64,000 nucleotides of DNA from Prochlorococcus sp. AG-402-M23 (GTDB lineage Bacteria; Cyanobacteriota; Cyanobacteriia; PCC-6307; Cyanobiaceae): positions 7,623 through 71,622 of the forward strand of contig QCIR01000003.1 in assembly GCA_003216575.1 (NCBI GenBank). The letters are read 5' to 3'. Within the stretch, counting starts at the first letter, position 1. Every line of letters starts with the position of its first letter. Under the pieces are notes generated by a model that was given only the letters and a program-made list of their open reading frames with translations, had not been told where the DNA came from and made no database searches. Positions 20,293 to 30,841 of the stretch are shown in pieces. The position numbers and the translations under genes are program-made.

Positions 20293-20568
20293 ATGGGCTC
20301 CAAAGCTACTAATTCCAAAAAAAATAAGGATAATGCAATTAAGACCGATACGACTCAAGGAAATAAATTTAAAAAATCAAGCTCTCAAGATCCAGATGTA
20401 TTAGTAAATTTGCCAGCTGGCCTAAAATATAAAGTTCCTGGCAAACGTCAAAGAGTAATCATAGGTTCAATTGTAATAGGTTTGAATGTTTTATTAGTTA
20501 TAAGTGTACTCGTTTACTTTTATAGTCCTTCGTTTCAAGAATTCGTTTACAATTTTGGGCGAAGCTAG
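20293..20568 (+). CDS. Hypothetical protein with C-terminal membrane anchor
   Basis: 91 aa; basic N-terminal region and one hydrophobic helix near the C-terminus. Confidence 0.7.
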   Translation: MGSKATNSKKNKDNAIKTDTTQGNKFKKSSSQDPDVLVNLPAGLKYKVPGKRQRVIIGSIVIGLNVLLVISVLVYFYSPSFQEFVYNFGRS

Positions 20569-20741
20569 GTTTCCAGTACCTTTGGCTCGAAATTAAATAA
20601 ATTATTTTAGAATTTTATCAAAATAGGAGAAAATTACTATTAGTGGAAAACCAAAAGTAAATTTTGACTAAGAACATTTATCATTGGTTTTATATGTAAG
20701 TCTAATATTTTAATCTTTTATTATCTGAGGTAATAGACGAA

Positions 20742-20927
20742 ATGGCACAAAAAAAAGGACAGGAACAAAAAATAATAAAGATTCCACCCCAAAGAAAGAC
20801 AACTCTTAAATGGGGCAGTAACGGTGAGTTATCATCTATAGATATGGTTCGTATATTAGATCGTTTGAATGATCAAGATTTAACTGAATGCGAAATACCT
20901 TTCGAAGGAAAACATAAAAAATTATAA
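20742..20927 (+). CDS. Small hypothetical protein
   Basis: 61 aa; GAGGT RBS-like sequence upstream; TLKWGSNGELSSIDMVRILDRL resembles small picocyanobacterial proteins. Confidence 0.7.
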   Translation: MAQKKGQEQKIIKIPPQRKTTLKWGSNGELSSIDMVRILDRLNDQDLTECEIPFEGKHKKL

Positions 20928-20983
20928 TTGTATCTTTTGTAGTCTATTGTAGCTATTATTTAGTAATAACTTGTTTTGACATA

Positions 20984-21223
20984 ATGAAGATAGTAGTTGC
21001 TTTTTTATCTTTAACAATTTTCATTTTTGGTTATTTATACTTTTTTACTGGTTATAAGTCTGCTTTCGAAGCTGACCAGCAATGCCACTATGAATTGAGA
21101 ATAAAATCTGATGAATTAGATGGTTTAGGATGTGACCATGATTTAGAAACAAATCAATGGCTACTTTATAGGCAAGCTAGCAATGGTCAACCTTCTCAGA
21201 TTGTTGAAAGATATCGCTATTAA
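20984..21223 (+). CDS. Small membrane-anchored hypothetical protein
   Basis: 79 aa; N-terminal TM helix, QCHY and GCDHDLETNQW motifs. Confidence 0.7.
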   Translation: MKIVVAFLSLTIFIFGYLYFFTGYKSAFEADQQCHYELRIKSDELDGLGCDHDLETNQWLLYRQASNGQPSQIVERYRY

Positions 21224-21432
21224 CTTATAAATTTTTTATTTATTGTTGGAAATAAAAATATAGCTGTTATGGATGATATAACAGCAGTAATTATAAATGT
21301 TAATAACTGTCCTATGGAACCAGGAAGATATGTATTTTGAAGAAAATAAAAATCAATCAGTGAGCCAATTGTCCCCCATATAATTATCCATGCAGATACA
21401 TATGAAATACCTACTAATGTTTTTTTATTCAT
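21220..21432 (-). CDS. Small two-helix membrane protein
   Basis: 70 aa; two hydrophobic helices, WIIIWGTIGSLID. Confidence 0.65.
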   Translation of the reverse strand: MNKKTLVGISYVSAWIIIWGTIGSLIDFYFLQNTYLPGSIGQLLTFIITAVISSITAIFLFPTINKKFIS

Positions 21433-21487
21433 GGCTCTAAATGATTAAGTAAGTTAATGAAGTAAATATAAGACAATTATTTGTATT

Positions 21488-21766
21488 CTAGTTGATTCCA
21501 AAAATTTTTAATGTTGCTGGTTCTCCCGCAAAAGCAAGCTCAGTGAGGAGAAGCATTAAAAACCCAACCATCGCAACTCTTGCATTGACTAATTCAGCAT
21601 TTTCATTAAAACCAAAAACTTGTTTAACTTCTTCACCTTTATTGTTGATCCATTTTGGGGATGAATTAAGGCTTGGACTTTGATCTGTTAATTCTGGAAA
21701 ACCTATAGATTCAACTTCTTTTACATTGTCTGACTCTGAATTGATCTCTGAAACGTTATCAGACAT
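21488..21766 (-). CDS. hli: High-light-inducible protein (CAB/ELIP/HLIP family)
   Basis: FGFNENAELVNARVAMVGF is the ExxN.R.AM chlorophyll-binding helix. Confidence 0.88.
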   Translation of the reverse strand: MSDNVSEINSESDNVKEVESIGFPELTDQSPSLNSSPKWINNKGEEVKQVFGFNENAELVNARVAMVGFLMLLLTELAFAGEPATLKIFGIN

Positions 21767-22130
21767 TTGAATTTAGGAGTAACGCGTCTTAAAAATTATA
21801 AGCTATTTTTTTAAGATTTAGTTCCAATGCTTCTTTTTTCTAGATTTGATCATTCGGTTAGACTTTTTTGAAAGGGATTAGCTTTCGGCTTTATTGAAAA
21901 TGAAACCAATAATTGAAAGAAAAAGAATAAATAAAAATATGACAATATTCAAGAATAGATAATGATTCTAAATATATTTTAGTGATATCCATGATTAATA
22001 TATTAAAAAGTTAAGTATTTTTATTTTAAATAAAATCTTTGTCTTTCTTATTAAGTTTTGTTTGACTATTAATTGATAGCTTGTTTTGCGCCCACTTCCT
22101 TGCTAAAAAAATATTATATGTTTTAGCATA

Positions 22131-22244
22131 ATGAATATTGCTATTCAAATCATTCTTGCTTTGATTCCTCTTGGTCTTGTTTTTCTTGGTCTTAGAGAGT
22201 TAATAGAAGAACTATCGGTGGCATATAAAAGAAAGGTTGGTTAA
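22131..22244 (+). CDS. Uncalled 37-aa single-helix membrane peptide
   Basis: Translated by hand: MNIAIQIILALIPLGLVFLGLRELIEELSVAYKRKVG*; stops 5 nt before the next ATG. Confidence 0.5.
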   Translation: MNIAIQIILALIPLGLVFLGLRELIEELSVAYKRKVG

Positions 22245-22249
22245 GAACT

Positions 22250-22720
22250 ATGCTGTTAAATCTTACTTGGTTAATTCCGGGTCTTCCAATAATTGCATCA
22301 CTTTTTTTAGCAGTACTTTTGCTTAGTTTTAGTAAAACAATGAATAGGCTTACGAAGCCTGTCTCATATCTTATAATTATTAGCCTTGCTTTTTCGGAAA
22401 TAATTAACTTTGCTTTATTTAAAAATAATATCTCAGGTGATGATTTTCTTTTTGGAAGCAATATTGAATTGGTCGTAGATTTACCAGCATTATTATTTGC
22501 TGGATCAATAGGTTTACTTTTCTTGTTGATTATGCTTTTTTCGGTTATTAAGTTAAAGCGAAGAAATGGGTATGTTAGGTATTTTATTCTTCTAGGATTC
22601 TTAAGTGGCTTTGTTTATTTATTTTCTTTTAGTGGTAGTCTTTTTCACAACTTTTATGATCCTTTATTATCATCTTTGGAGAAAACAGGGATTTCTTTTT
22701 TAAGCGACATTACTTCATAA
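22250..22720 (+). CDS. Stand-alone NdhF/NuoL N-terminal-domain-like membrane protein
   Basis: WLIPGLP, SFSKTMNRLTKPV, VVDLPA and GYVRYF resemble the N-terminus of cyanobacterial NdhF1; only 156 aa. Confidence 0.7.
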   Translation: MLLNLTWLIPGLPIIASLFLAVLLLSFSKTMNRLTKPVSYLIIISLAFSEIINFALFKNNISGDDFLFGSNIELVVDLPALLFAGSIGLLFLLIMLFSVIKLKRRNGYVRYFILLGFLSGFVYLFSFSGSLFHNFYDPLLSSLEKTGISFLSDITS

Positions 22721-22839
22721 TTTTTAGATCAAATGATAACTCATTTAGGTTTATATCATTGATAATTAAATTTTCTATTGTCATATTATCTAAGTTGTAA
22801 TAAGCTGAAAATAATATTTTAAGATTTAAGGTTTTTACT

Positions 22840-24057
22840 TTGAGTGTAAGTTCGCCTTTAGATCTTCCAAGGGATATTGCGCTAGTGCATGAATGGTTTA
22901 CTCCTAGATCTTCTGGTGGTGCTGAAAATGTTGTTAAGGTAATTGATGATTTATTAACTGAAAAGAAATCACAGCCTGATCTTTTTTCTTTAGTGAATGA
23001 GGAGAATTTATTAAAAAGTAGTTGGTTGTTTAATAGGAAAGTAAGAACTAGCTTTATTCAACAGTTACCATTCGGCGTGACACATGTTCAAAAATTTTTA
23101 CCCCTTTTACCTTTTGCTATTGAGCAACTCGATTTAGGAGCATATCCATTGGTGATTAGCAGTAGCCATCTCGTCGCAAAGGGCGTTTTGACTTCGCCTG
23201 ATCAATTGCATATTAGTTATGTACATACACCTGTGAGGTATGCCTGGGATCAGATGAATATATATTTGAAACGATCTTTTTTCAGGGAAATAGGCTTAGG
23301 ACCATTAATTAGATGGCAATTGCATGTTTTGAGGCAATGGGATCAATTAAGTAGTTTAAGAATAGATTACTTGCTCGCAAATTCTAATTTTACGGCAAAG
23401 AGAATCTGGAAGTATTGGAGAAGACGTTCAGAGGTCCTTCACCCTCCCGTAAATGTAAATCGTTTTATATGGAATAAACCCAGAGAAGATTTCTATCTAA
23501 GTGTCTGTAGATTGGTTCCTAATAAAAGAGTTGACTTACTTATTAGGGCTTTTAATAGGCTTAAATTACCCTTGATTGTTGTTGGTGATGGCGTCGAAAA
23601 AACATATTTAGAAAATATTGCAGGACCAACAGTTCAAATTCTTGGTTTTCAAAGTGCGGATAAGATTGAAAATCTTATGAGCCAATGTCGAGCTTTTGTC
23701 TATGCTGGTATTGAAGATTTTGGAATTGCGCCTGTTGAAGCAATGGCTTCAGGAGCCCCTGTAATTGCTTATGGAAAAGGTGGTGTTTTGGATACAGTTA
23801 AATGCTTTAACTCTAATACAGCTAAAGAGGCAACTGGACTTCTCTTTTCTGATCAGACGGTGAATTCTTTAGTTGAAGCAGTAGAATTTTTTAAGGAAAA
23901 ACAACTTTGGAAAACTTTAAATCCTGAATTGATTAGATATTGGGCTAACTCTTTTTCTCAAGATTCATTTAAATACAGTCTTGAGAAAACCATAATGAGA
24001 GTATGGAGTGAGCATATGAATTCTTGTGACATTGCTACTAGTGACCTTAGTTCTTGA
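22840..24057 (+). CDS. GT4 glycosyltransferase
   Basis: ALVHEW, GGAE, YVHTPVRYAWD, RLVPNKRVD, EDFGIAPVEAMASGAPVI. Confidence 0.92.
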   Translation: MSVSSPLDLPRDIALVHEWFTPRSSGGAENVVKVIDDLLTEKKSQPDLFSLVNEENLLKSSWLFNRKVRTSFIQQLPFGVTHVQKFLPLLPFAIEQLDLGAYPLVISSSHLVAKGVLTSPDQLHISYVHTPVRYAWDQMNIYLKRSFFREIGLGPLIRWQLHVLRQWDQLSSLRIDYLLANSNFTAKRIWKYWRRRSEVLHPPVNVNRFIWNKPREDFYLSVCRLVPNKRVDLLIRAFNRLKLPLIVVGDGVEKTYLENIAGPTVQILGFQSADKIENLMSQCRAFVYAGIEDFGIAPVEAMASGAPVIAYGKGGVLDTVKCFNSNTAKEATGLLFSDQTVNSLVEAVEFFKEKQLWKTLNPELIRYWANSFSQDSFKYSLEKTIMRVWSEHMNSCDIATSDLSS

Positions 24058-24123
24058 TCAAGAAATTACTAATTAAGTAATGTATGAGTTGGTAGCAGTT
24101 TGAGCTTACTAACTCAATAATTT

Positions 24124-24876
24124 GTGCAGACTAATCCTAGAAAATCTTTATTAAGGTGGTCTGAGTTCCGTAAAGGCTCACCCAAAATTCCTTTTGAAGT
24201 AATTTCAAAAGAGCCTTCTTCTTTGCTTGCTGTAGAAATAATAAGAAATCAGAGTCGATATGGACGCACATTAAAAAGAATAGGAGATGTTATTTTCTCA
24301 TTAATAATTTTAACTCTGGGCTCTCCAATATTTATATTTATCGGAATATTAGTAAAATTAAGTTCTCCTGGTTCTATTTTTTATATTCAAAAGAGAGTAG
24401 GAAGAAACTATAGAGAGTTTGGATGCATTAAATTTCGCACTATGTATAAAGATGCTGATGAGTTGCTTCCAAATTTATTACAGAAATATCCTCTTATGAG
24501 AAAGGAGTTTGAAAAAGATTTTAAATTACGACATGATCCTAGAATTACAAAATTAGGTAGACTACTTCGTCGATCAAGTCTTGATGAATTACCTCAATTT
24601 TTTAATGTTTTAAAAGGAGAGATGAGTGTGGTTGGCCCAAGACCAATAGTTAGTAATGAGATTAATAAATATAGTGTTTTTATGGAAGAAGTTATATCTG
24701 TTAGACCAGGCTTGACAGGATTGTGGCAAGTTAGTGGTAGAAACAATCTTAGTTATAAGAAAAGGGTTCAATTAGATCTATTATATGCAAGAAATAGAAA
24801 TTTTATACTTGACTTGGAAATCATTATTCTTACATTAGGCGTCTTGTTATTCCCTATGGATAGAGGTGCTTTTTAA
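24124..24876 (+). CDS. Priming phosphoglycosyl (bacterial sugar) transferase
   Basis: KRIGD, KFRTM, DPRITKLG, SLDELPQ, GEMSVVGPRP, PGLTGLWQVSGR. Confidence 0.93.
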   Translation: MQTNPRKSLLRWSEFRKGSPKIPFEVISKEPSSLLAVEIIRNQSRYGRTLKRIGDVIFSLIILTLGSPIFIFIGILVKLSSPGSIFYIQKRVGRNYREFGCIKFRTMYKDADELLPNLLQKYPLMRKEFEKDFKLRHDPRITKLGRLLRRSSLDELPQFFNVLKGEMSVVGPRPIVSNEINKYSVFMEEVISVRPGLTGLWQVSGRNNLSYKKRVQLDLLYARNRNFILDLEIIILTLGVLLFPMDRGAF

Positions 24877-24878
24877 AG

Positions 24879-25886
24879 TTAAAAATTTATTAATTTCAGC
24901 ATCATTACAACTCCTAAGGTCCAAGCGAATTGAAGCCTTAAGCTGAGATTAAGAATTCTTTTGACTGAACTGATACTTGCAATTGGATAAGATTTTGCAA
25001 TTATAGGCTTTATTCTTTTTTGTCCTCGATAATAGTTTATTCCTCCCATTTGTACTCCAGCGCAATAGGCAAATATTGCTTCAGAAATTCCTGAGTTTGG
25101 AGAAGAATCAAGTGATCCATCTCTCAATGCATATTTTATGGTCGTTAAAATTGATTGATTTTGCTTGCAACAAAAAGGAAGTGTAATTAAAACAATCCTT
25201 GAAGGAATCCATGTCATCATGTCATCTAACTTCGCTCCTGCAAATCCAAGCCACTTTAATTTTCCTTCTTTATAACCCAGCATAGAATCAATAGTGCTAG
25301 ATGCTTTGAAAGCCCAAGCCATTGCCAAAGGTCCGGGCATAAAGTTATTGAATTGCCAGAAGATTGTTCCTACAAATATCCAAAATAAAGGAGCGAAAAT
25401 CCCATCTACAGAATTTTCACTGGCTGTCTCTACTGCAGCTCGGAGGATATCATCTCTATTTAAATTCTCAACATCTCTACCAACAATAAGGCTTAACTTT
25501 TGCCTTGTAATTTGAAGATTATCTTTGGAATCTTTAATACTAATTAAGTTTATAATTTCAAAAATACTTTTATTTAAACTTCTTGAAGCAAGTGAGCTAC
25601 TTAAAATAAAAGCAAACAAAAAAGAACTTATAATAGGACTCTTTATTTCAAAAAATAAAAATAATCTTTCTATAATCCATCCAGATATTCCACTTAAAAA
25701 AACGACTGTAAAAGTTATTATTCCACCTCCAATATATAACTTGTATTTGTTATCTTTTGAAATTCGTTGAACGAATATTTTCATAAAATTAATAAGTGAA
25801 CCCATAACTTCAACTGGATGAGGAAGGCTTTTGGGATCACCTATTAAAAGATCAAGAAGAACAGAAACTAAGATTAAGTAAATGAT
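24879..25886 (-). CDS. cbiB: Adenosylcobinamide-phosphate synthase (CbiB/CobD)
   Basis: IVGRD, ETASENSVDG, STIDSMLGYK, SPNSG. The family motif LDLLIGDP..LPHPV lies in frame upstream of the first ATG (25805), so the start is uncertain. Confidence 0.9.
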   Translation of the reverse strand: MIYLILVSVLLDLLIGDPKSLPHPVEVMGSLINFMKIFVQRISKDNKYKLYIGGGIITFTVVFLSGISGWIIERLFLFFEIKSPIISSFLFAFILSSSLASRSLNKSIFEIINLISIKDSKDNLQITRQKLSLIVGRDVENLNRDDILRAAVETASENSVDGIFAPLFWIFVGTIFWQFNNFMPGPLAMAWAFKASSTIDSMLGYKEGKLKWLGFAGAKLDDMMTWIPSRIVLITLPFCCKQNQSILTTIKYALRDGSLDSSPNSGISEAIFAYCAGVQMGGINYYRGQKRIKPIIAKSYPIASISSVKRILNLSLRLQFAWTLGVVMMLKLINF

Positions 25887-25890
25887 ATTT

Positions 25891-26922
<1,032 letters not shown>

Positions 26923-27013
26923 TTACGAAATAGAGTGCTAAGGAAACACTTTCATTGATATATTTTTTTGACTATTAAGACAATTTAATTAACAAAAGCA
27001 AAAACTTTTCACA

Positions 27014-27616
27014 TTAACTTTCACTTGGATGGGTTATCACTCGGTCAATTAGGCCGTAATTTTTTGCTTCTTCCGCGCTTAAAAAGTAGTCGCGATCAGT
27101 ATCTTTTTCTATCTTTTCAAATGTTTGTCCTGTCATTTCTGCCATAGATTTATTTAGCATTTCTTTGATTCTGAGAATTTCACGCGCTTCAATTTCTATA
27201 TCACTAGCTTGTCTTTGAGCAGTGCCTCCAAGTGGCTGGTGAATCATGATTCTGCTATGAGGTAGTGCTAGCCTTTTACCTTTTGTTCCTGCTGATAATA
27301 AAAAAGCACCCATTGAGGCGGCCAAACCAACACAAATAGTTACCAGATCACTCTTAACATATTTCATTGTGTCGTAGATCGCTAAACCGGCCGTTACGGA
27401 GCCTCCAGGGCTATTGATATATAAATAAATAGGTTTTGTGCTGTCTTCGGAATCAAGATAAAGCATTTGAGCTACAAGGCTATTTGCTATGCCATCATTG
27501 ACTTCTTGTCCAAGAAATAGAATCCTTTCAGCACCAAGTCTTGTGTATATGTCCACCCATCTTTCGAATTGACTTCCTGGAAGGCGGTATGGAACGCTTG
27601 GTGTACCTATTGGCAT
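27014..27616 (-). CDS. clpP: ATP-dependent Clp protease proteolytic subunit
   Basis: [17 protein letters not shown] (catalytic Ser), MIHQP, DRD. Confidence 0.96.
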   Translation of the reverse strand: MPIGTPSVPYRLPGSQFERWVDIYTRLGAERILFLGQEVNDGIANSLVAQMLYLDSEDSTKPIYLYINSPGGSVTAGLAIYDTMKYVKSDLVTICVGLAASMGAFLLSAGTKGKRLALPHSRIMIHQPLGGTAQRQASDIEIEAREILRIKEMLNKSMAEMTGQTFEKIEKDTDRDYFLSAEEAKNYGLIDRVITHPSES

Positions 27617-27680
27617 GGCTAATTAATGATGAATGGTTGGTGTTGAAGATTTAAAAATATTTTTTAAAAGTTAATTCTGG

Positions 27681-28355
27681 TTATTTGGGTAACACTTTTT
27701 CGTTGGGCAAGTCTTTTCTACTTGTAAGGACGCGATCAATAACCCCATACTCGACAGCTTCATGAGGGTTGAGATAACTCATTCGATCAGAGTCTTTGGA
27801 TAATTGATCTATTGATCTACCAGTGTTTTGACTTAGGATTTCTAGCATAGCTTTTTTATTGTGGATGACTTCTTTCGCTCTGATTTGAATATCAGTTGCT
27901 TGGCCTTGTGCTCCACTTCTAGGCTGATGAAGAACAATTGAAGCATGGGGCAATGCTGCACGTTGTCCTTTGGTTCCAGCTGAAAGAATTACTGCTGCTG
28001 TTCCCATCGCTTGACCTATGCAAATTGTATGAACGGGAGGCTTTACATATCTGAGCGTGTCGCAGATGGCAAAAGCTTCTGTCTCAAATCCAATGGCATC
28101 GCCTGTGTACCAACTAGTTCCAGTCGAATTTATATAGAAATAGATTGGCTTCTCTGAATTATCAAATTCCAGATAAAGTAGTTGGGCAATAATTAATTCA
28201 GTTACATCCATTCCTAGTTGCCTTTTGGCATCATCATCGGAAAATAGTGGTAACCCTAGATAAACTATCCTTTCTTTGAGAAGAAGAGATGGTAAATCAG
28301 GAGGTGGAGTTCTCATTACGGCTGAATCGCCATAATACGGAGAGGATGCGGTCAT
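27681..28355 (-). CDS. clpR: ClpR, non-catalytic Clp core subunit
   Basis: PPPDLPSLLLKERIVYLG; the catalytic Ser is replaced (GQAMGTAA); adjacent to clpP. Confidence 0.88.
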   Translation of the reverse strand: MTASSPYYGDSAVMRTPPPDLPSLLLKERIVYLGLPLFSDDDAKRQLGMDVTELIIAQLLYLEFDNSEKPIYFYINSTGTSWYTGDAIGFETEAFAICDTLRYVKPPVHTICIGQAMGTAAVILSAGTKGQRAALPHASIVLHQPRSGAQGQATDIQIRAKEVIHNKKAMLEILSQNTGRSIDQLSKDSDRMSYLNPHEAVEYGVIDRVLTSRKDLPNEKVLPK

Positions 28356-28399
28356 ATGAAGTTAAGTCTTCTTGGATTCGAGCCTAGCTAGATCTTGCC

Positions 28400-29503
28400 T
28401 TATGGTGTTTTTGTTGTTTCAAATTTGTTTGGGGGCTGATCATTTGAAGCTTTACTAAACACCATTCGACCAGTTGGTGTTTGTAATGCTCCAGTCACAA
28501 CTACGTCTATTCTTTTACCGATCCATTTGAGCCCCTCCTCGATAACTACCATTGTGCCATCTTCAAGATAAGCAATACCTTGCGAATTTTCCTTACCTTC
28601 TCGAACTACTTTTAAATTTAACTTTTCTCCAGGTTGAACTTCAGGCCTGATAGCGAGAACTAGATCACTTAAGTTCAAAACTTTTATTTCTTGTACAAGA
28701 GCTACTTGAGATAAATTGTAATCAACAGTGATTAATATTCCTGCTATATCTGAGGTCAATTTTAAAAGTATTTCATCAGCCCCTTCTCCCTCATATTTAG
28801 TACTATTGATTACTAATCTTCTTCCATAACTTTCTCTTAATTGATTTAGTAATTTTAAACCTCTCCTTCCTTTTCCTCTTTTTTCGTTGTTACTTGAGTC
28901 AGCTAGTTTTTGGAGTTCGTCCATAACTGATTGGGCAACAATTAATTGTCCTTCTATTAATCCAAATTTAAGTAGAGCCTGAATACGACCGTCAATTATT
29001 ACACTTGTATCTAAAACTTTTGCACTGGCTGGAGTTAGTATTCCATCAGCCATTAATAAAGATTCTGTACTATTTGGATTGAAAAGACGTAAAACTGTTC
29101 GACCATGAACGTCTGCAAGGTTATATCCAAGTACTCCAAAAAAAATATTGCTTAGTACAGCAAAAAGAGGTTTTACAAAAAATAATTCAGCTGGTAATGG
29201 TAAAAGTAGTATAGGTACTAATAAAAGCGTAGCTATTATAAGACCAAGGACTATGCCAACTGACCTACTAATAAGTAGATCGGTTGGCATAGTCTTTATT
29301 ATCTTGGTTAATTTATTTCTAAATTGCTGAAACAGAAAAGCTATTAAAAGACCAACAAGCGCTGATAATCCCGATAAAGCAATTTTTAAATTTTTTAAAT
29401 TAGTTATTTGATCTAAAGTCTCTTGAGGTAACCAATTCACCCCGGTCCATCCGGTGATTGCACCTGAAATAAGAAATAAAACTAGAAGAACTAAGTCTGC
29501 CAT
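28400..29503 (-). CDS. Membrane protein with PIN and TRAM domains (YacL/Ycf81-like)
   Basis: N-terminal TM helices, KVLDTSVIIDGR, RGRRGL, GIAYLEDGTMVV, QTPTGRMVF. Confidence 0.9.
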   Translation of the reverse strand: MADLVLLVLFLISGAITGWTGVNWLPQETLDQITNLKNLKIALSGLSALVGLLIAFLFQQFRNKLTKIIKTMPTDLLISRSVGIVLGLIIATLLLVPILLLPLPAELFFVKPLFAVLSNIFFGVLGYNLADVHGRTVLRLFNPNSTESLLMADGILTPASAKVLDTSVIIDGRIQALLKFGLIEGQLIVAQSVMDELQKLADSSNNEKRGKGRRGLKLLNQLRESYGRRLVINSTKYEGEGADEILLKLTSDIAGILITVDYNLSQVALVQEIKVLNLSDLVLAIRPEVQPGEKLNLKVVREGKENSQGIAYLEDGTMVVIEEGLKWIGKRIDVVVTGALQTPTGRMVFSKASNDQPPNKFETTKTP

Positions 29504-29611
29504 ATATTCAGGTTATGCTTGGTTCTCGTTTTTTACTAGAGCTTTATTTATTTTCAAAGATTTGGATTGTGTAAATGACCATTTATTTAGGTTTATATAT
29601 CTAGAACTAAA

Positions 29612-30841
29612 ATGGTAACTCCACCAAGAAGTGCATATGTGCATATTCCTTTTTGCCATAAAAGATGTTTTTACTGTGATTTTTCCATTATCCCTTTAGG
29701 TGATAGCGCTGAAGCTCCAGGTAGTCCAGGGATAACTTCTATTAACGCATATTTAGATTTAATTCAAAGAGAGATTTCAATTTGTCCTAAAGGTCCTGCA
29801 TTATCGACAATCTATTTGGGAGGTGGAACACCTTCTCTATTGAAAAAAAATGAAGTAGGCGATTTATTGGAAAAACTCAAAAGAAAGTTTGGATTTCAGG
29901 ATGGAGCGGAAATAACAATGGAGGTTGATCCATCAACATTTTTAGAAAATGATCTTCAAGGATTCTTAGAAATTGGAATTAATAGATTTAGCTTGGGAGG
30001 ACAGTCTTTTGATGATAGTACTTTAGCTTCAATAGGTAGAAAGCATAATTCTTCAGAATTAATAGAGGCTTGTAATTTAATAAATAGCTTATTTAAAAAG
30101 GGAAGGTTAAAAAGCTGGAGCCTTGACTTGATTCAAAATCTACCGGGATTGAATTTATGCAAGTGGTTTAAGGAGTTAGAACAAGCAGTTCAAACAGAAG
30201 CTCCTCATTTGTCAATTTATGATTTAACTATTGAACCAGAGACTGTTTTTGGAAGAATGCACAAAAAAGGTAGGTTGAATATTCCAATTGAATCTGAAGC
30301 TCAAAAAATAGATTTGGAGACTGGTAGATTTCTTAAAAGTAAGGGTTTTTCTCGATACGAGATCTCAAGTTATTCTTTGCCTGGCCATGCATCTCGTCAT
30401 AATCGCATGTACTGGAGTGGTTCTGGTTGGTGGGGGTTCGGCATGGGAGCAACAAGTGCTCCATGGGGCATGAGATTTTCGAGACCTAAAACAATTGCTA
30501 GTTATAAAAAATGGCTTGAGCAACAAGAAAGTCAGTCATTAGAGAAAACATTATTCATTGAGAATTCAAGACCAATACCATTGGATGAATTATTGATGAT
30601 TGGTCTTCGTAGAAGAGAAGGGGTTCATTTTGAGGAACTTGCTAAGAATTTTGGATGGACACAAAAAGAAACCGATAGAAACCTGAATTTATTGGAGAAA
30701 TATTGGTTCCATTATTTAAATGAAGGATATCTATTAAGAAACAATGGAAGATATTTCTTGAGTGACCCTAGGGGTATGCAGATTAGTAATCAGATTTTAG
30801 TTCAGATGTTTTTATGGTGGGATTCTCTTGGCTTGGGTTAG
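29612..30841 (+). CDS. hemW: Radical SAM HemN-like heme chaperone
   Basis: [34 protein letters not shown]. Confidence 0.88.
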   Translation: MVTPPRSAYVHIPFCHKRCFYCDFSIIPLGDSAEAPGSPGITSINAYLDLIQREISICPKGPALSTIYLGGGTPSLLKKNEVGDLLEKLKRKFGFQDGAEITMEVDPSTFLENDLQGFLEIGINRFSLGGQSFDDSTLASIGRKHNSSELIEACNLINSLFKKGRLKSWSLDLIQNLPGLNLCKWFKELEQAVQTEAPHLSIYDLTIEPETVFGRMHKKGRLNIPIESEAQKIDLETGRFLKSKGFSRYEISSYSLPGHASRHNRMYWSGSGWWGFGMGATSAPWGMRFSRPKTIASYKKWLEQQESQSLEKTLFIENSRPIPLDELLMIGLRRREGVHFEELAKNFGWTQKETDRNLNLLEKYWFHYLNEGYLLRNNGRYFLSDPRGMQISNQILVQMFLWWDSLGLG

